A stretch of 64,000 nt of DNA, taken from IMG/VR virus record IMGVR_UViG_3300033142_001194, positions 4,999 to 68,998 of that record; one strand, written 5' to 3'. The translations under genes were made by a program, and so were the position numbers. The number at the start of each line of letters is the position of its first letter. The first letter of the stretch is position 1. The notes under the pieces were generated by a model that saw nothing but the letters and a program-made list of their open reading frames with translations, was not told where the DNA came from and did no database searches. Positions 1-8,595 of this stretch are shown here, one piece after another. This DNA is from a virus.

Positions 1-100
1 TTGTTAGGTAAAAACAACACGTTTTGAAAAGTTGGTTGTTAGGTTTGATACATTTTAGTAGTTCTACAAAAACAGTTAAAACATGTCCATAATATGTTTT

Positions 101-259
101 AAAAGCCGTAAGAGGACACAGAGTGTCCACAAGTATATTAATAGATTTATACTTAAAAGCTGTAGGAAGACGTAAAGTGTCTATTGATATATAAGTAACC
201 CCTATTAATACAATAAGGGTTACCTATAATCCTACGAGAAGACACGAAGTGTCTATTGG
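101..259. repeat. Three degenerate copies of an AAAGC..GA(A/G)GACAC-NNN-GTGTC hairpin motif
   Basis: ggacac-aga-gtgtcc at 114-128, gaagacgtaaagtgtctattg at 166-186, gaagacac-gaa-gtgtctattg at 238-258; a related copy lies at 63680-63706. Confidence 0.7.
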
Positions 260-267
260 TTTACAAG

Positions 268-2172
268 TTAAGATAAGAAGTATTTTGCTTCTTTAATAGA
301 CTTATCAAGATCAGGAGATAGCTTATCTAAAGTAACATCACTATTAGTTAGACTACTTAATAGTGTTGAAAGTGAATCTTCTTTAGCAAGATCCATAAGA
401 ATACTTCTATACGTTTCACGTAAAATAGGCATATTATTAGGATGACAGTGAAACGAATCATGGATAGTAAGCACATCAAAGTTACATCTACGAATAACTT
501 CTCTTGCAATATACCCATCAATACTTTGTGTAAAGTTAGCTAGTATAGGTACACTATATTTAGATGGTTTAATTTCTTCACACACATAAGTAAATGAATA
601 AGGGAATTCATCACCCTTAATACCTTTATAAGTAACAGCTTCTTTAACAGGAACATATGAGGTATGTCCATCAGGTAATACATGTACATGTTGTGTTGTA
701 TTACTATCCCAACAACTCCTTACAGCATCCATATAAGGTCTAACAGCAGGAGCTAAGTTATCCATTGCTTTATAGAATGCTTCTAACTCCTCTGTATCCT
801 CACCAAACAATCGTATAGGAGAAGCCTTTGATCCATATGAAAATGGCATTGCAGCTTTCTTAATCTGTTTCTTTGTATATACATGTGATGAACTAAGAAT
901 TCTATTAATTTCAACTGTTAAATTGTTATAGAAGTCTTGTCTTTTACCACTATCAACTAAATTACATTGAATAGCTGTTTGCTTACACCCTGTTAATACT
1001 GTAATAATTTGTAAAAATGATGCCGTACTATCCAATGCAACTAAGTGTCCTGATGGTTTACCATTCTGGTAATCCCAAAATGCTCTAACTGCTTTAAGAT
1101 ACATGTATGGATGTTCTGCTTCATAAACTAACTCCTCTAAATTATCAATATTGGTTTCTACAAATAACATTCTATCTGTAAATAATTCTTTATCTAATCC
1201 CATATGGTTTGCAATATCAATACATAACCATGTATACCCTTCTTTAGATATAACTTCTTTATCATACAAAGAGATAACAGACTTTTTATAATCTGTTGAC
1301 TGTATATTTACATGGTATCCAAGGGAATATATTCTACCTCTACTGCAATATTTCCAATTGAAATAGAAAGGTCTACCTACTAAACCATTAACAATAGTTT
1401 GTGTAATAGACTTCTGTTTTAAGAAGTTATCTTTAGCAACTGCTAAATTCTTAACAGATATACTTTTACCCTCTTCCTCAGCTTTACCTTCAAAGTCAGG
1501 CATTGGTTCATCATAAGCAATAGATTCTTCATCAATTGCTAATTTAATAGCACTTTGTTTATTAATAATATCTAAAGATATTTCCTCTTCATGATGTGCA
1601 CCATTAAGAAGTAATGATCCATTACCATTAATATAACCAGATTGGTTATTAGTCTTAACAGTCAATGGTTTAGTTATCATTGGAGGTAAATACATTGTCT
1701 CTTCTATAAACTTATACGTAGTCTTATTAAGATCAACATTAGACTCAACAATACATGTCCATATACCTTGTATATCTTGCATTGGTTTATTGATTGTATA
1801 CATCCCTGTATTAGCACATATACCTACTAATTCAGTAGCTGTATTTAAACCATCTCTGGTATTTTCATAACCTAACCAAGGCAACAATACACCTACAATT
1901 GCTTGTATAGATTGTGATGGTTTACTGCATACTGCTACAAGTACCCTTTCTACGACTTCTAAGGGGTGTACATGGGCAATCCAATCTATTCTCTTACGTT
2001 TACCCTCATAATAGTTATCGTTGCTTAGATAGGCTATTACAAGCTCTTCTAAGGGTAGTATATGTTCTTCTAATTCAAGAAGATCATGCATTACTTTATT
2101 TGATATATTCTTCTTAGAATATTTAGATTCTGATATTTCTTGTTCTAATATATTGGCTTCTTGTTCAAACAT
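268..2172 (-). CDS. T7-like single-subunit RNA polymerase, N4 RNAP II type, with both subunits in one ORF
   Basis: CSRGRIY (DxxGRxY motif), WLCIDIANHMGLDK (resembles the start of N4 gp16), motif A LDSTASFLQ, motif B KKAAMPFSYGS, motif C IHDSF. Confidence 0.9.
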   Translation of the reverse strand: MFEQEANILEQEISESKYSKKNISNKVMHDLLELEEHILPLEELVIAYLSNDNYYEGKRKRIDWIAHVHPLEVVERVLVAVCSKPSQSIQAIVGVLLPWLGYENTRDGLNTATELVGICANTGMYTINKPMQDIQGIWTCIVESNVDLNKTTYKFIEETMYLPPMITKPLTVKTNNQSGYINGNGSLLLNGAHHEEEISLDIINKQSAIKLAIDEESIAYDEPMPDFEGKAEEEGKSISVKNLAVAKDNFLKQKSITQTIVNGLVGRPFYFNWKYCSRGRIYSLGYHVNIQSTDYKKSVISLYDKEVISKEGYTWLCIDIANHMGLDKELFTDRMLFVETNIDNLEELVYEAEHPYMYLKAVRAFWDYQNGKPSGHLVALDSTASFLQIITVLTGCKQTAIQCNLVDSGKRQDFYNNLTVEINRILSSSHVYTKKQIKKAAMPFSYGSKASPIRLFGEDTEELEAFYKAMDNLAPAVRPYMDAVRSCWDSNTTQHVHVLPDGHTSYVPVKEAVTYKGIKGDEFPYSFTYVCEEIKPSKYSVPILANFTQSIDGYIAREVIRRCNFDVLTIHDSFHCHPNNMPILRETYRSILMDLAKEDSLSTLLSSLTNSDVTLDKLSPDLDKSIKEAKYFLS

Positions 2173-2198
2173 GACTATCTCACTTCCGATTAGTTACT

Positions 2199-2234
2199 AA
2201 AAAAATAGAACCATTAGCTTATGCCAATGGTTCT
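2199..2234 (-). terminator. Intrinsic terminator
   Basis: agaaccatt/aatggttct stem followed on the - strand by a T run; directly downstream of ORF 2243-2626. Confidence 0.6.
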
Positions 2235-2242
2235 GATATTAC

Positions 2243-2626
2243 TTACATTCCAAACATATTCTTAAAGTCATCTTTTGACTTTGCTTCAGATGAATATACA
2301 GATAGTTCAACGTCATTAAGACTAGCTCCATTGAAGTCAGTCTTTCCGTTATAAAATCCTATAGTTCTATTATTAGCTGCTGCTAACCGGTAGTGTCCAT
2401 TATCTTGTTGAATAAAGAGACACTTCTCTAAAACTTCTTCAGGAACAGCTACCAAAGTATCTATAAAGTTTTGAGCAATCTTACTTGCTTCATTCTGATC
2501 CTTACACACTGCAGTAAGGTTCAAGATTCCAACATTATTACCTTCAAAGTCTTTCATACCGATTGCAGGACGGATGTCGTATACAACTTTATTAGTTGCT
2601 GTTTTCTTTACGTTTAATGAAGCCAT
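2243..2626 (-). CDS. Early protein, possible N4 gp2/Drc-like ssDNA-binding RNAP II cofactor
   Basis: 127 aa, GGAGA RBS, immediately upstream of the RNAP gene; size and position match gp2/Drc but sequence similarity is not established. Confidence 0.4.
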   Translation of the reverse strand: MASLNVKKTATNKVVYDIRPAIGMKDFEGNNVGILNLTAVCKDQNEASKIAQNFIDTLVAVPEEVLEKCLFIQQDNGHYRLAAANNRTIGFYNGKTDFNGASLNDVELSVYSSEAKSKDDFKNMFGM

Positions 2627-2762
2627 GATATTTCTCCGATAAGGTAAGTTACGAAATGTAACTTATTAATTCGTGTTGTTAAAGGGTTGAAAGAAATAGA
2701 ACACACAAGATAGTAGATAGAACGAAAGTATCCGTTAAGAGATGTAGGTGAAGGTGTAGGTG

Positions 2763-2791
2763 AAAAAAGAGATACCTCGTTAGAGGTATCT
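2763..2791 (-). terminator. Terminator-like hairpin, same family as the pentapeptide-array hairpins
   Basis: agatacctc-gtta-gaggtatct with a T run on the - strand. Confidence 0.6.
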
Positions 2792-2794
2792 TGT

Positions 2795-2908
2795 TTAATA
2801 CATAGCAAGTACTTTACGTATTGCTACAAGCCTGTCTGTTGCAATATACATATGGTCTTTGGTATAGACCATATATGCCTTTAGAAATCTTATATATTTA
2901 ATGGTCAT
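2795..2908 (-). CDS. Small early ORF (37 aa, MTIKYIRFLKAYMVY...)
   Basis: Read manually; GGAGA RBS and the same leader layout as neighbouring early genes. Confidence 0.45.
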   Translation of the reverse strand: MTIKYIRFLKAYMVYTKDHMYIATDRLVAIRKVLAMY

Positions 2909-3076
2909 AACTTTCTCCGAGAAGGTAGTTACCCTACACAAATGTATAGGGTTTGTTTGTTAAAGGAATAATACAAGTTCTAGTAGTATTACTGTAAATG
3001 AAACATATGATGGGATATAAGTAGTCATTGTATTTCTCTAATGTTATTACATACCACGAAATGTAGTATGTTTTGA

Positions 3077-3099
3077 TCTGTTGTTAAAGGGTTTTGACT
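3077..3099 (-). promoter_or_regulatory. Early-gene leader motif AGTCAAAACCCTTTAACAACAGA (copy 1)
   Basis: Identical 23-mer at 3077-3099, 3406-3428 and 3776-3798; partial copies at 2674-2688 and 63506-63521. Confidence 0.75.
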
Positions 3100-3376
3100 A
3101 TGCTCTTCTACTTTCTTTAAGAGCATAGAAGTCTGTAAGAGCTTCTTTGTTATTTTCATAAGACTTAACAGCTAAGATAGTTGAAGCTATACCTAATGTA
3201 GGTATTACTTTATTTGTATCTGAAATAGTTAAGTAAGGTAGAACTACCTTTTGAAGTTTAGAAGGTAGTGTATCAATACCTCCTAAGCTATCTATAAGTG
3301 AGGTAAGTACTAACTGTTGACGATAGTACATGTCATCTATTGAATGGATTGCTTGTTTGATTGTTAAAGGTTTCAT
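3098..3376 (-). CDS. Early hypothetical protein (paralog of 3507-3743)
   Basis: GGAGA RBS; shares MKxLTIK start and ALxDFYALKxxRRA end with the neighbouring ORF. Confidence 0.75.
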   Translation of the reverse strand: MKPLTIKQAIHSIDDMYYRQQLVLTSLIDSLGGIDTLPSKLQKVVLPYLTISDTNKVIPTLGIASTILAVKSYENNKEALTDFYALKESRRA

Positions 3377-3405
3377 ATGGATCTCCGTAAGGATTAGGGT
3401 TAATT

Positions 3406-3428
3406 TCTGTTGTTAAAGGGTTTTGACT
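3406..3428 (-). promoter_or_regulatory. Early-gene leader motif (copy 2)
   Basis: Exact 23-mer repeat about 30 nt upstream of ATG 3376. Confidence 0.75.
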
Positions 3429-3506
3429 TTATGTTGTGTGCTATCTTATTAGGTGGTAGGTGATGTGTAGGTGATGTTGGAACTAACAGCATCCTTGCTG
3501 TTAGGG

Positions 3507-3743
3507 TTATGCACGTCTTGCTGCTTTAAGGGCGTAGAAGTCTTTTAGAGCTTTATTATCTATCATTGAAGCTACTGATGATGTAATAGCCATTAACGTA
3601 GCATCTGCTGTATCCAATGCGTTATCAGCAGTATCAAATGTACCGCTAATAGTTGTTACACTACGTTCTGATGTTGTAGCTATAATGGTAGCTACAGATG
3701 AAAATGTTGTACTGATAGAGTCTTTGATTGTTAAAGTTTTCAT
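3507..3743 (-). CDS. Early hypothetical protein, Ser/Thr/Ala-rich (probable first gene)
   Basis: AGGAGA RBS; paralog of 3098-3376. Confidence 0.75.
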   Translation of the reverse strand: MKTLTIKDSISTTFSSVATIIATTSERSVTTISGTFDTADNALDTADATLMAITSSVASMIDNKALKDFYALKAARRA

Positions 3744-3775
3744 GGTATTTCTCCTAGAGTTTTGAACTGAATTGT

Positions 3776-3798
3776 TCTGTTGTTAAAGGGTTTTGACT
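3776..3798 (-). promoter_or_regulatory. Early-gene leader motif (copy 3)
   Basis: Exact 23-mer repeat about 33 nt upstream of ATG 3743. Confidence 0.75.
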
Positions 3799-3841
3799 TT
3801 GATTGTTTATAGGGGGGGATAGTCCCTATTCTTTATGGTCA

Positions 3842-3975
3842 TTCAGTAAACACTGGATATGTACTATTTTTTTTTTTTTCTTATATAATTTAAAATTATT
3901 TTTTTTTTTTTTTCAGTAATCACTAGATTTGTACTAATTTTTTTTTTTTTTATAAAATAATTTTATAATTTTTTA
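3842..3975. repeat. 70-bp tandem duplication with long poly-T tracts; probable genome end/junction region
   Basis: ttcagtaaacactggatatgtacta-polyT at 3842 and ttcagtaatcactagatttgtactaa-polyT at 3912; lies between divergent early and terminase genes. Confidence 0.65.
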
Positions 3976-4196
3976 ATGGAACATAACTATCTTATATTTC
4001 ACTAATGTCTTTTATTATTCTAATAATCTTAATTACCTTTAAATAAATTACTATAAGCAGCAAAATATTTTTAGATAAAATACCTAACTACTAACTACCT
4101 TTATATAACAAAAAATTTAAAATAGTTGGTTGTTAGGTTTATGGTTTATTATAGGTGGTTATTACAAGAAATTTAGACAGGTTAAAAGGAGAGAGA

Positions 4197-4877
4197 ATGA
4201 AAGAAATAACATTTGATATGTTAGCTTTGGCTTTACCTAAAGGTAAGAGAAATTTACTTACAGAAGAATTGGTAGAAGAGATTAATAGTAATTTAACTAA
4301 CCCGTTACTTGAGGAACACTTAAGAGATAATATTCTTGGTTTTATGAATGTACTTCAGGAGGGTAAGTATAAGTTACAGGAATACTTTAATGCAGTAAGG
4401 TACTGTACATATAGGTTATCTGGTAATGCACAGAACCAAAGTTATGTTAAAACCTTTCCAGATAGGTATCAGAGGTATGTTAGTAAGGATACTCCGCAGA
4501 AGGATATATCAGGGATAATTAGTGTTTATAATAAGAGTAAGTTAGTTACTGCTATTATGGCTCAGAGTATGATTCCTATTCATATTTCTAATCAAGATTT
4601 ACATCAACAAGCTATTCTTAAATTAGCTGATTTAATGATGAATGCTAAGAGTGAGAAAGTTCAAAGTGATAGTGCTGGTAAGTTAGTTGATGTTCTTAAG
4701 GCTCCTGATGTAGCTAAGATAGAATTGGATATTGGTGTTAGTACTGATGGGGCTATTAGTGATTTAATGGCTGCAGTAGGTTCACTGGCTAAGATACAAC
4801 AAGAAAGAATTATTGATGGGACTGTTACTGTTAAAGAAGTAGCATGTAGTCCTATAGAATCAAAACGGTTGGTATAA
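4197..4877 (+). CDS. N4 gp69-like protein, putative terminase small subunit
   Basis: GKYKLQEYFNAVRYC, KTFPDRYQ, YNKSKLV and KSEKVQSDSA segments recalled from gp69 homologs; AAGGAG RBS before ATG 4197. Confidence 0.7.
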   Translation: MKEITFDMLALALPKGKRNLLTEELVEEINSNLTNPLLEEHLRDNILGFMNVLQEGKYKLQEYFNAVRYCTYRLSGNAQNQSYVKTFPDRYQRYVSKDTPQKDISGIISVYNKSKLVTAIMAQSMIPIHISNQDLHQQAILKLADLMMNAKSEKVQSDSAGKLVDVLKAPDVAKIELDIGVSTDGAISDLMAAVGSLAKIQQERIIDGTVTVKEVACSPIESKRLV

Positions 4878-4881
4878 ATAT

Positions 4882-5409
4882 ATGAAAGTGGTAGTAGTAG
4901 TAGGGCATAGTGTTGACAATCAAGGAGCTTACAACAGACATACAGGTATGACAGAGTATATGTTTAACTCTTCGTTAGCTGAACAACTTAAGGATACTTC
5001 TTTAGTTGATATGGTTATTGTTAATAGGAATACGTATAAATCATTGCCTGCCGATATTAATGTACTTAAGCCTGATTTAGTTGTATCTCTACATTCTAAT
5101 GCTTTTAATCATAAAGCTTCTGGTTCAGAGACTTTGTATTACCATTCTTCTAAGGTAGGTATGGAATGTGCAAAGATTATGCAGAAAAATATTGTAGAAG
5201 CTTTACACTTACAAGATAGGGGTATTAAAGCTGTATATAAATCAGGTAGAGGGGGATGGTTATTACGAATGACTAATGCACCTTGTATAATTGTTGAACC
5301 ATTTTTTATTGATAATGATAGTGATCTTGCTGTAGCAGAAAAAAATAAGGTATTACTTGTAAGTAATATAAATAAAGCAATAAAGGAAATACAAAATGTT
5401 TTGGTTTAA
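4882..5409 (+). CDS. N-acetylmuramoyl-L-alanine amidase (Amidase_3) endolysin
   Basis: Zn-binding motifs VGH..GA..E, SLHSNA, GSETLY, IIVEPFFIDN. Confidence 0.9.
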   Translation: MKVVVVVGHSVDNQGAYNRHTGMTEYMFNSSLAEQLKDTSLVDMVIVNRNTYKSLPADINVLKPDLVVSLHSNAFNHKASGSETLYYHSSKVGMECAKIMQKNIVEALHLQDRGIKAVYKSGRGGWLLRMTNAPCIIVEPFFIDNDSDLAVAEKNKVLLVSNINKAIKEIQNVLV

Positions 5410-5803
5410 TACACATAAAGCAGTAGATGATCTACTGGATAAAGATAACGGATTACTTACTCAAGTAGGTAATTGGATAGGTAATATGAACTTAACACCT
5501 GAAGAGATAATGGAGGAAAATACTAAAACAGTTTCAAGTGTACAGAAGTTTGTTGTTGATACTCTCAGTGAAACAACTGAAAGGTCTAGGGCAAGAAGGT
5601 CTATTGCTAAAAGTTGGATACAGTTACAGGTTGTTGTTATTTTATTGGCTTGTGTTGCAGCTCCTATAGATATTGTACTGGCTACTTTTTATTATGATCT
5701 TGCTACTTCTTCTTTAATGTTAAGCGTTACAACCGCTATAACAATATTCTTTTTTGGTTCATATGGTTTAGCAAGATACCAAGAAAAGAAAAATGAGGGA
5801 TAG
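5396..5803 (+). CDS. Putative holin
   Basis: Two C-terminal hydrophobic segments ending FFFGSYG plus a basic tail; overlaps the endolysin stop. Confidence 0.65.
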   Translation: MFWFNTHKAVDDLLDKDNGLLTQVGNWIGNMNLTPEEIMEENTKTVSSVQKFVVDTLSETTERSRARRSIAKSWIQLQVVVILLACVAAPIDIVLATFYYDLATSSLMLSVTTAITIFFFGSYGLARYQEKKNEG

Positions 5804-6149
5804 AAGAGTGAGTCCTGAGAGGTGTACATCAATTGAAAAGTCTATAACCTTATTGGATAATAAATTAGATGGATACATAGAGGAATTTAAAAAACATGAA
5901 GAAGCTGAAAGAGAGTTAAGGATAGAAACTTTATCTGCAGGAGCAATGAATACTGAAGCTATTAATAACTTAGCTAAATCACAAGATGAATTGGCTAAGA
6001 ATACTAAAGGTTTAGTAGATGCTTGGGCTTCTGTTAATGCATTAGTAACTATTATGACTAAAGTAGCTAAACTAATTAAGTGGTTTGGGGGTATTGCTAC
6101 CGGCATCATGGGAATTATTATTTTATATAAAGTACTTGTAGATGTTTAA
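5793..6149 (+). CDS. Coiled-coil protein with C-terminal membrane anchor (lysis-associated)
   Basis: Heptad-rich N-part, C-terminal WFGGIATGIMGIIILY transmembrane segment. Confidence 0.55.
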   Translation: MRDRRVSPERCTSIEKSITLLDNKLDGYIEEFKKHEEAERELRIETLSAGAMNTEAINNLAKSQDELAKNTKGLVDAWASVNALVTIMTKVAKLIKWFGGIATGIMGIIILYKVLVDV

Positions 6150-6181
6150 TATAGTCACTGGTTTTTTTTTTTTCTACTGGA

Positions 6182-6196
6182 CGACACGAAGTGTCG
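6182..6196. promoter_or_regulatory. C-GAA-G DNA mini-hairpin (vRNAP-promoter-like)
   Basis: cgacac-gaa-gtgtcg. Confidence 0.45.
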
Positions 6197-6219
6197 GTAA
6201 TAGACACTTGGAGATGTAA

Positions 6220-7809
6220 ATGGCATTAGGTGAAAAGAAGACAGTACAGGATTATCTTAATACAGTAGACTATTCTGCAGATAGTGATTATGTTCCTTCA
6301 GACTTTGCTTTAAAGTTTATTAATTTTATTAAGTTAGTTAATGGTTCAGAGGGTGAAACAAATACTTCACCTGTTATACATTATCAAATGTTAGATTTAC
6401 TTGCCAGTAAGGAACAAAGAATTGCTAATTTATGTTCTAGGGGAATTGGTAAGACTACTTTGTTTGCTGAGTATCTTATACTATATGTAGCTGTATTTGA
6501 GAAGATAGATAACTTTGGTGATGTTACTGGAATGATTTACTTAAGTGATTCTATTGATAATGGTGTTAAATCATTAAGAAAGAATATAGAGGAAAGGTAT
6601 AATAGATCAGAATTTTTACAAACGTATTTGGCTCAAGCTAAGTTTACGGATGTATACATGGAGTTTACTAATAAAGCAGGACATAGATTAGGTGTTAAGA
6701 GTTTTGGTTCATTGTCAGGTATTCGAGGTACTAAGATATTTGGACATAGACCTACGTTAGCTATTATGGATGACTTGGTTTCAGATAAGGATGCTGTATC
6801 ACCTACTGTTATGACAAGTATTAAACATACTGTTTATAGAGGTGTATTCCCTGCATTAGATCCAAACAAGAGAAAGATTATATTTTCAGGTACTCCTTTT
6901 TCACAGTCAGATATTCTTTATGAAGCTGTAGAGAGTGGAGCATGGAATGTTAATGTGTATCCTATATGTGAGAAGTTTCCTTGTACTAGGGAAGAGTTTA
7001 AAGGTGCATGGGAAGATAGATTTAGTTATGATTTTGTTAAAGATCAGTATGAAGCCCTTAAAGCTTTAGGACAATTAGCTTCTTTTAATCAAGAGTATCA
7101 GCTATCTATTATGTCAGAAGAAGATAGGTTGGTAAGTGATTCAGATATAATGTGGTATAAAAGGTCTTCTGTTATTAGTAATAAAGGTAAGTTTAATTTT
7201 TATATTACTACTGACTTTGCTACTTCAGAAAAGACTTCAGCAGATTATTCAGTTATATCTGTTTGGGCTTATAATAATAATGGTGATTGGTATTGGGTTG
7301 ATGGTGTGTGTAAGAGACAGTTAATGGATAAGAACATTAATGACTTATTTAGATTGGCTCAAATGTATAATCCACAGCAAGTAGGTATTGAGGTATCAGG
7401 ACAACAGGGAGGATTCATTCCTTGGATTCAAGATCAGATGATGAATAGGAATATTTATTTTACTTTGGCTTCTGATAGGAATAGTAGTTTACCGGGGATA
7501 CGTCCTACAACAAATAAGCTTGTTAGGTTTAATACAATGGTTCCCTTGTTTAAAGCACATAAGATGTTCTTCCCTGAAGAGATGAAGGAAGATTTCATTA
7601 TTACTGAGCTTATGGAAGAATTAAGATTGGTTAGTATGAAGGGAATGAAATCAAAGCACGATGATATTTTAGATACAATATCTATGTTAGCTTTACTTAG
7701 TACTTGGAAACCATCAGAAGAAGCAACCCCTACTTATAATAGTGAAAGAGATATGTGGGAATTAGATGTGGAAGATAGTAATGATTACTTGGATTCCTAT
7801 GTTGTTTAA
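6220..7809 (+). CDS. terL: Terminase large subunit (N4 gp68-like)
   Basis: Walker A SRGIGKTT, Walker B LAIMDDL, GTP motif, nuclease TTDFATS...DYS and KHDDILD. Confidence 0.95.
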   Translation: MALGEKKTVQDYLNTVDYSADSDYVPSDFALKFINFIKLVNGSEGETNTSPVIHYQMLDLLASKEQRIANLCSRGIGKTTLFAEYLILYVAVFEKIDNFGDVTGMIYLSDSIDNGVKSLRKNIEERYNRSEFLQTYLAQAKFTDVYMEFTNKAGHRLGVKSFGSLSGIRGTKIFGHRPTLAIMDDLVSDKDAVSPTVMTSIKHTVYRGVFPALDPNKRKIIFSGTPFSQSDILYEAVESGAWNVNVYPICEKFPCTREEFKGAWEDRFSYDFVKDQYEALKALGQLASFNQEYQLSIMSEEDRLVSDSDIMWYKRSSVISNKGKFNFYITTDFATSEKTSADYSVISVWAYNNNGDWYWVDGVCKRQLMDKNINDLFRLAQMYNPQQVGIEVSGQQGGFIPWIQDQMMNRNIYFTLASDRNSSLPGIRPTTNKLVRFNTMVPLFKAHKMFFPEEMKEDFIITELMEELRLVSMKGMKSKHDDILDTISMLALLSTWKPSEEATPTYNSERDMWELDVEDSNDYLDSYVV

Positions 7810-7826
7810 ATTAAGAGATAATTTAT

Positions 7827-8561
7827 ATGTTATTACAAGAGATATTTGACCAGCTTACTGTAGGTGAGTTATCACAATTACATATTGGTGGTATAGATTC
7901 TGTAGGTATAAGAGAATGTGATTATGCTAAGGTTGTACCTAATGTTAATTTAGGTTTATTGGAGTTGTATAAGAGGTTTGATCTTAAACGAGATGAACTT
8001 ACTATTCAGCAGTATGATGGTATTAATGATTATGTTTTAACCCCTAAGTTTGCTGAGTCTAATGTTGATTCAGTAGAGCCTATTAAATATATTAAGGATC
8101 TTAATAAACCATTCATGGATAACATTCTTATTATTGAATCAATACTTGGTTCTGATGGTAAGGAGATAGCGTTAAATGATACTACTCAGGATAAGGAAGA
8201 ATATGATGAAATTAAGACAAGTATTTCTTATTATACTCCTGTGTTTAATACCTTACGTATCCCTAATCCTGTTAACGATGTTATTACCTTAGTTAGGTAT
8301 AGAGCAAGACCTGATACTATTTCAACTATTGGTTTAAAGCCTATGGATTATGAGGTAGAACTTTCTTATACTTTATTAGAACCATTGTTATATTTTATAG
8401 CTTCAAGAATGTTAACAAGTCTTAATGCAGAAGGATCACTTGCTACAGGTACTAATTATATGCAGAAATATGAATTAGCTTGTAAGAGAATAGAGCAGTT
8501 TAATTTAGTTAATGTTTCTAATACTTCTAATGATAAGTTAGAGTTTAGAGGTTTTGTATAG
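7827..8561 (+). CDS. Head-tail adaptor/structural protein (N4 gp67-like)
   Basis: LTVGELSQL, NLGLLELYKRF and FRGFV end; follows terL as in N4. Confidence 0.75.
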   Translation: MLLQEIFDQLTVGELSQLHIGGIDSVGIRECDYAKVVPNVNLGLLELYKRFDLKRDELTIQQYDGINDYVLTPKFAESNVDSVEPIKYIKDLNKPFMDNILIIESILGSDGKEIALNDTTQDKEEYDEIKTSISYYTPVFNTLRIPNPVNDVITLVRYRARPDTISTIGLKPMDYEVELSYTLLEPLLYFIASRMLTSLNAEGSLATGTNYMQKYELACKRIEQFNLVNVSNTSNDKLEFRGFV

Positions 8562-8595
8562 TACTCTTTACCCACTTAAACTATGGAATAATTAT

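Noticed and set aside
2614-2808. 64-aa - strand ORF
   Set aside because: Spans a terminator, the GTAGGTGA boxes and the leader motif, with no RBS; probably non-coding
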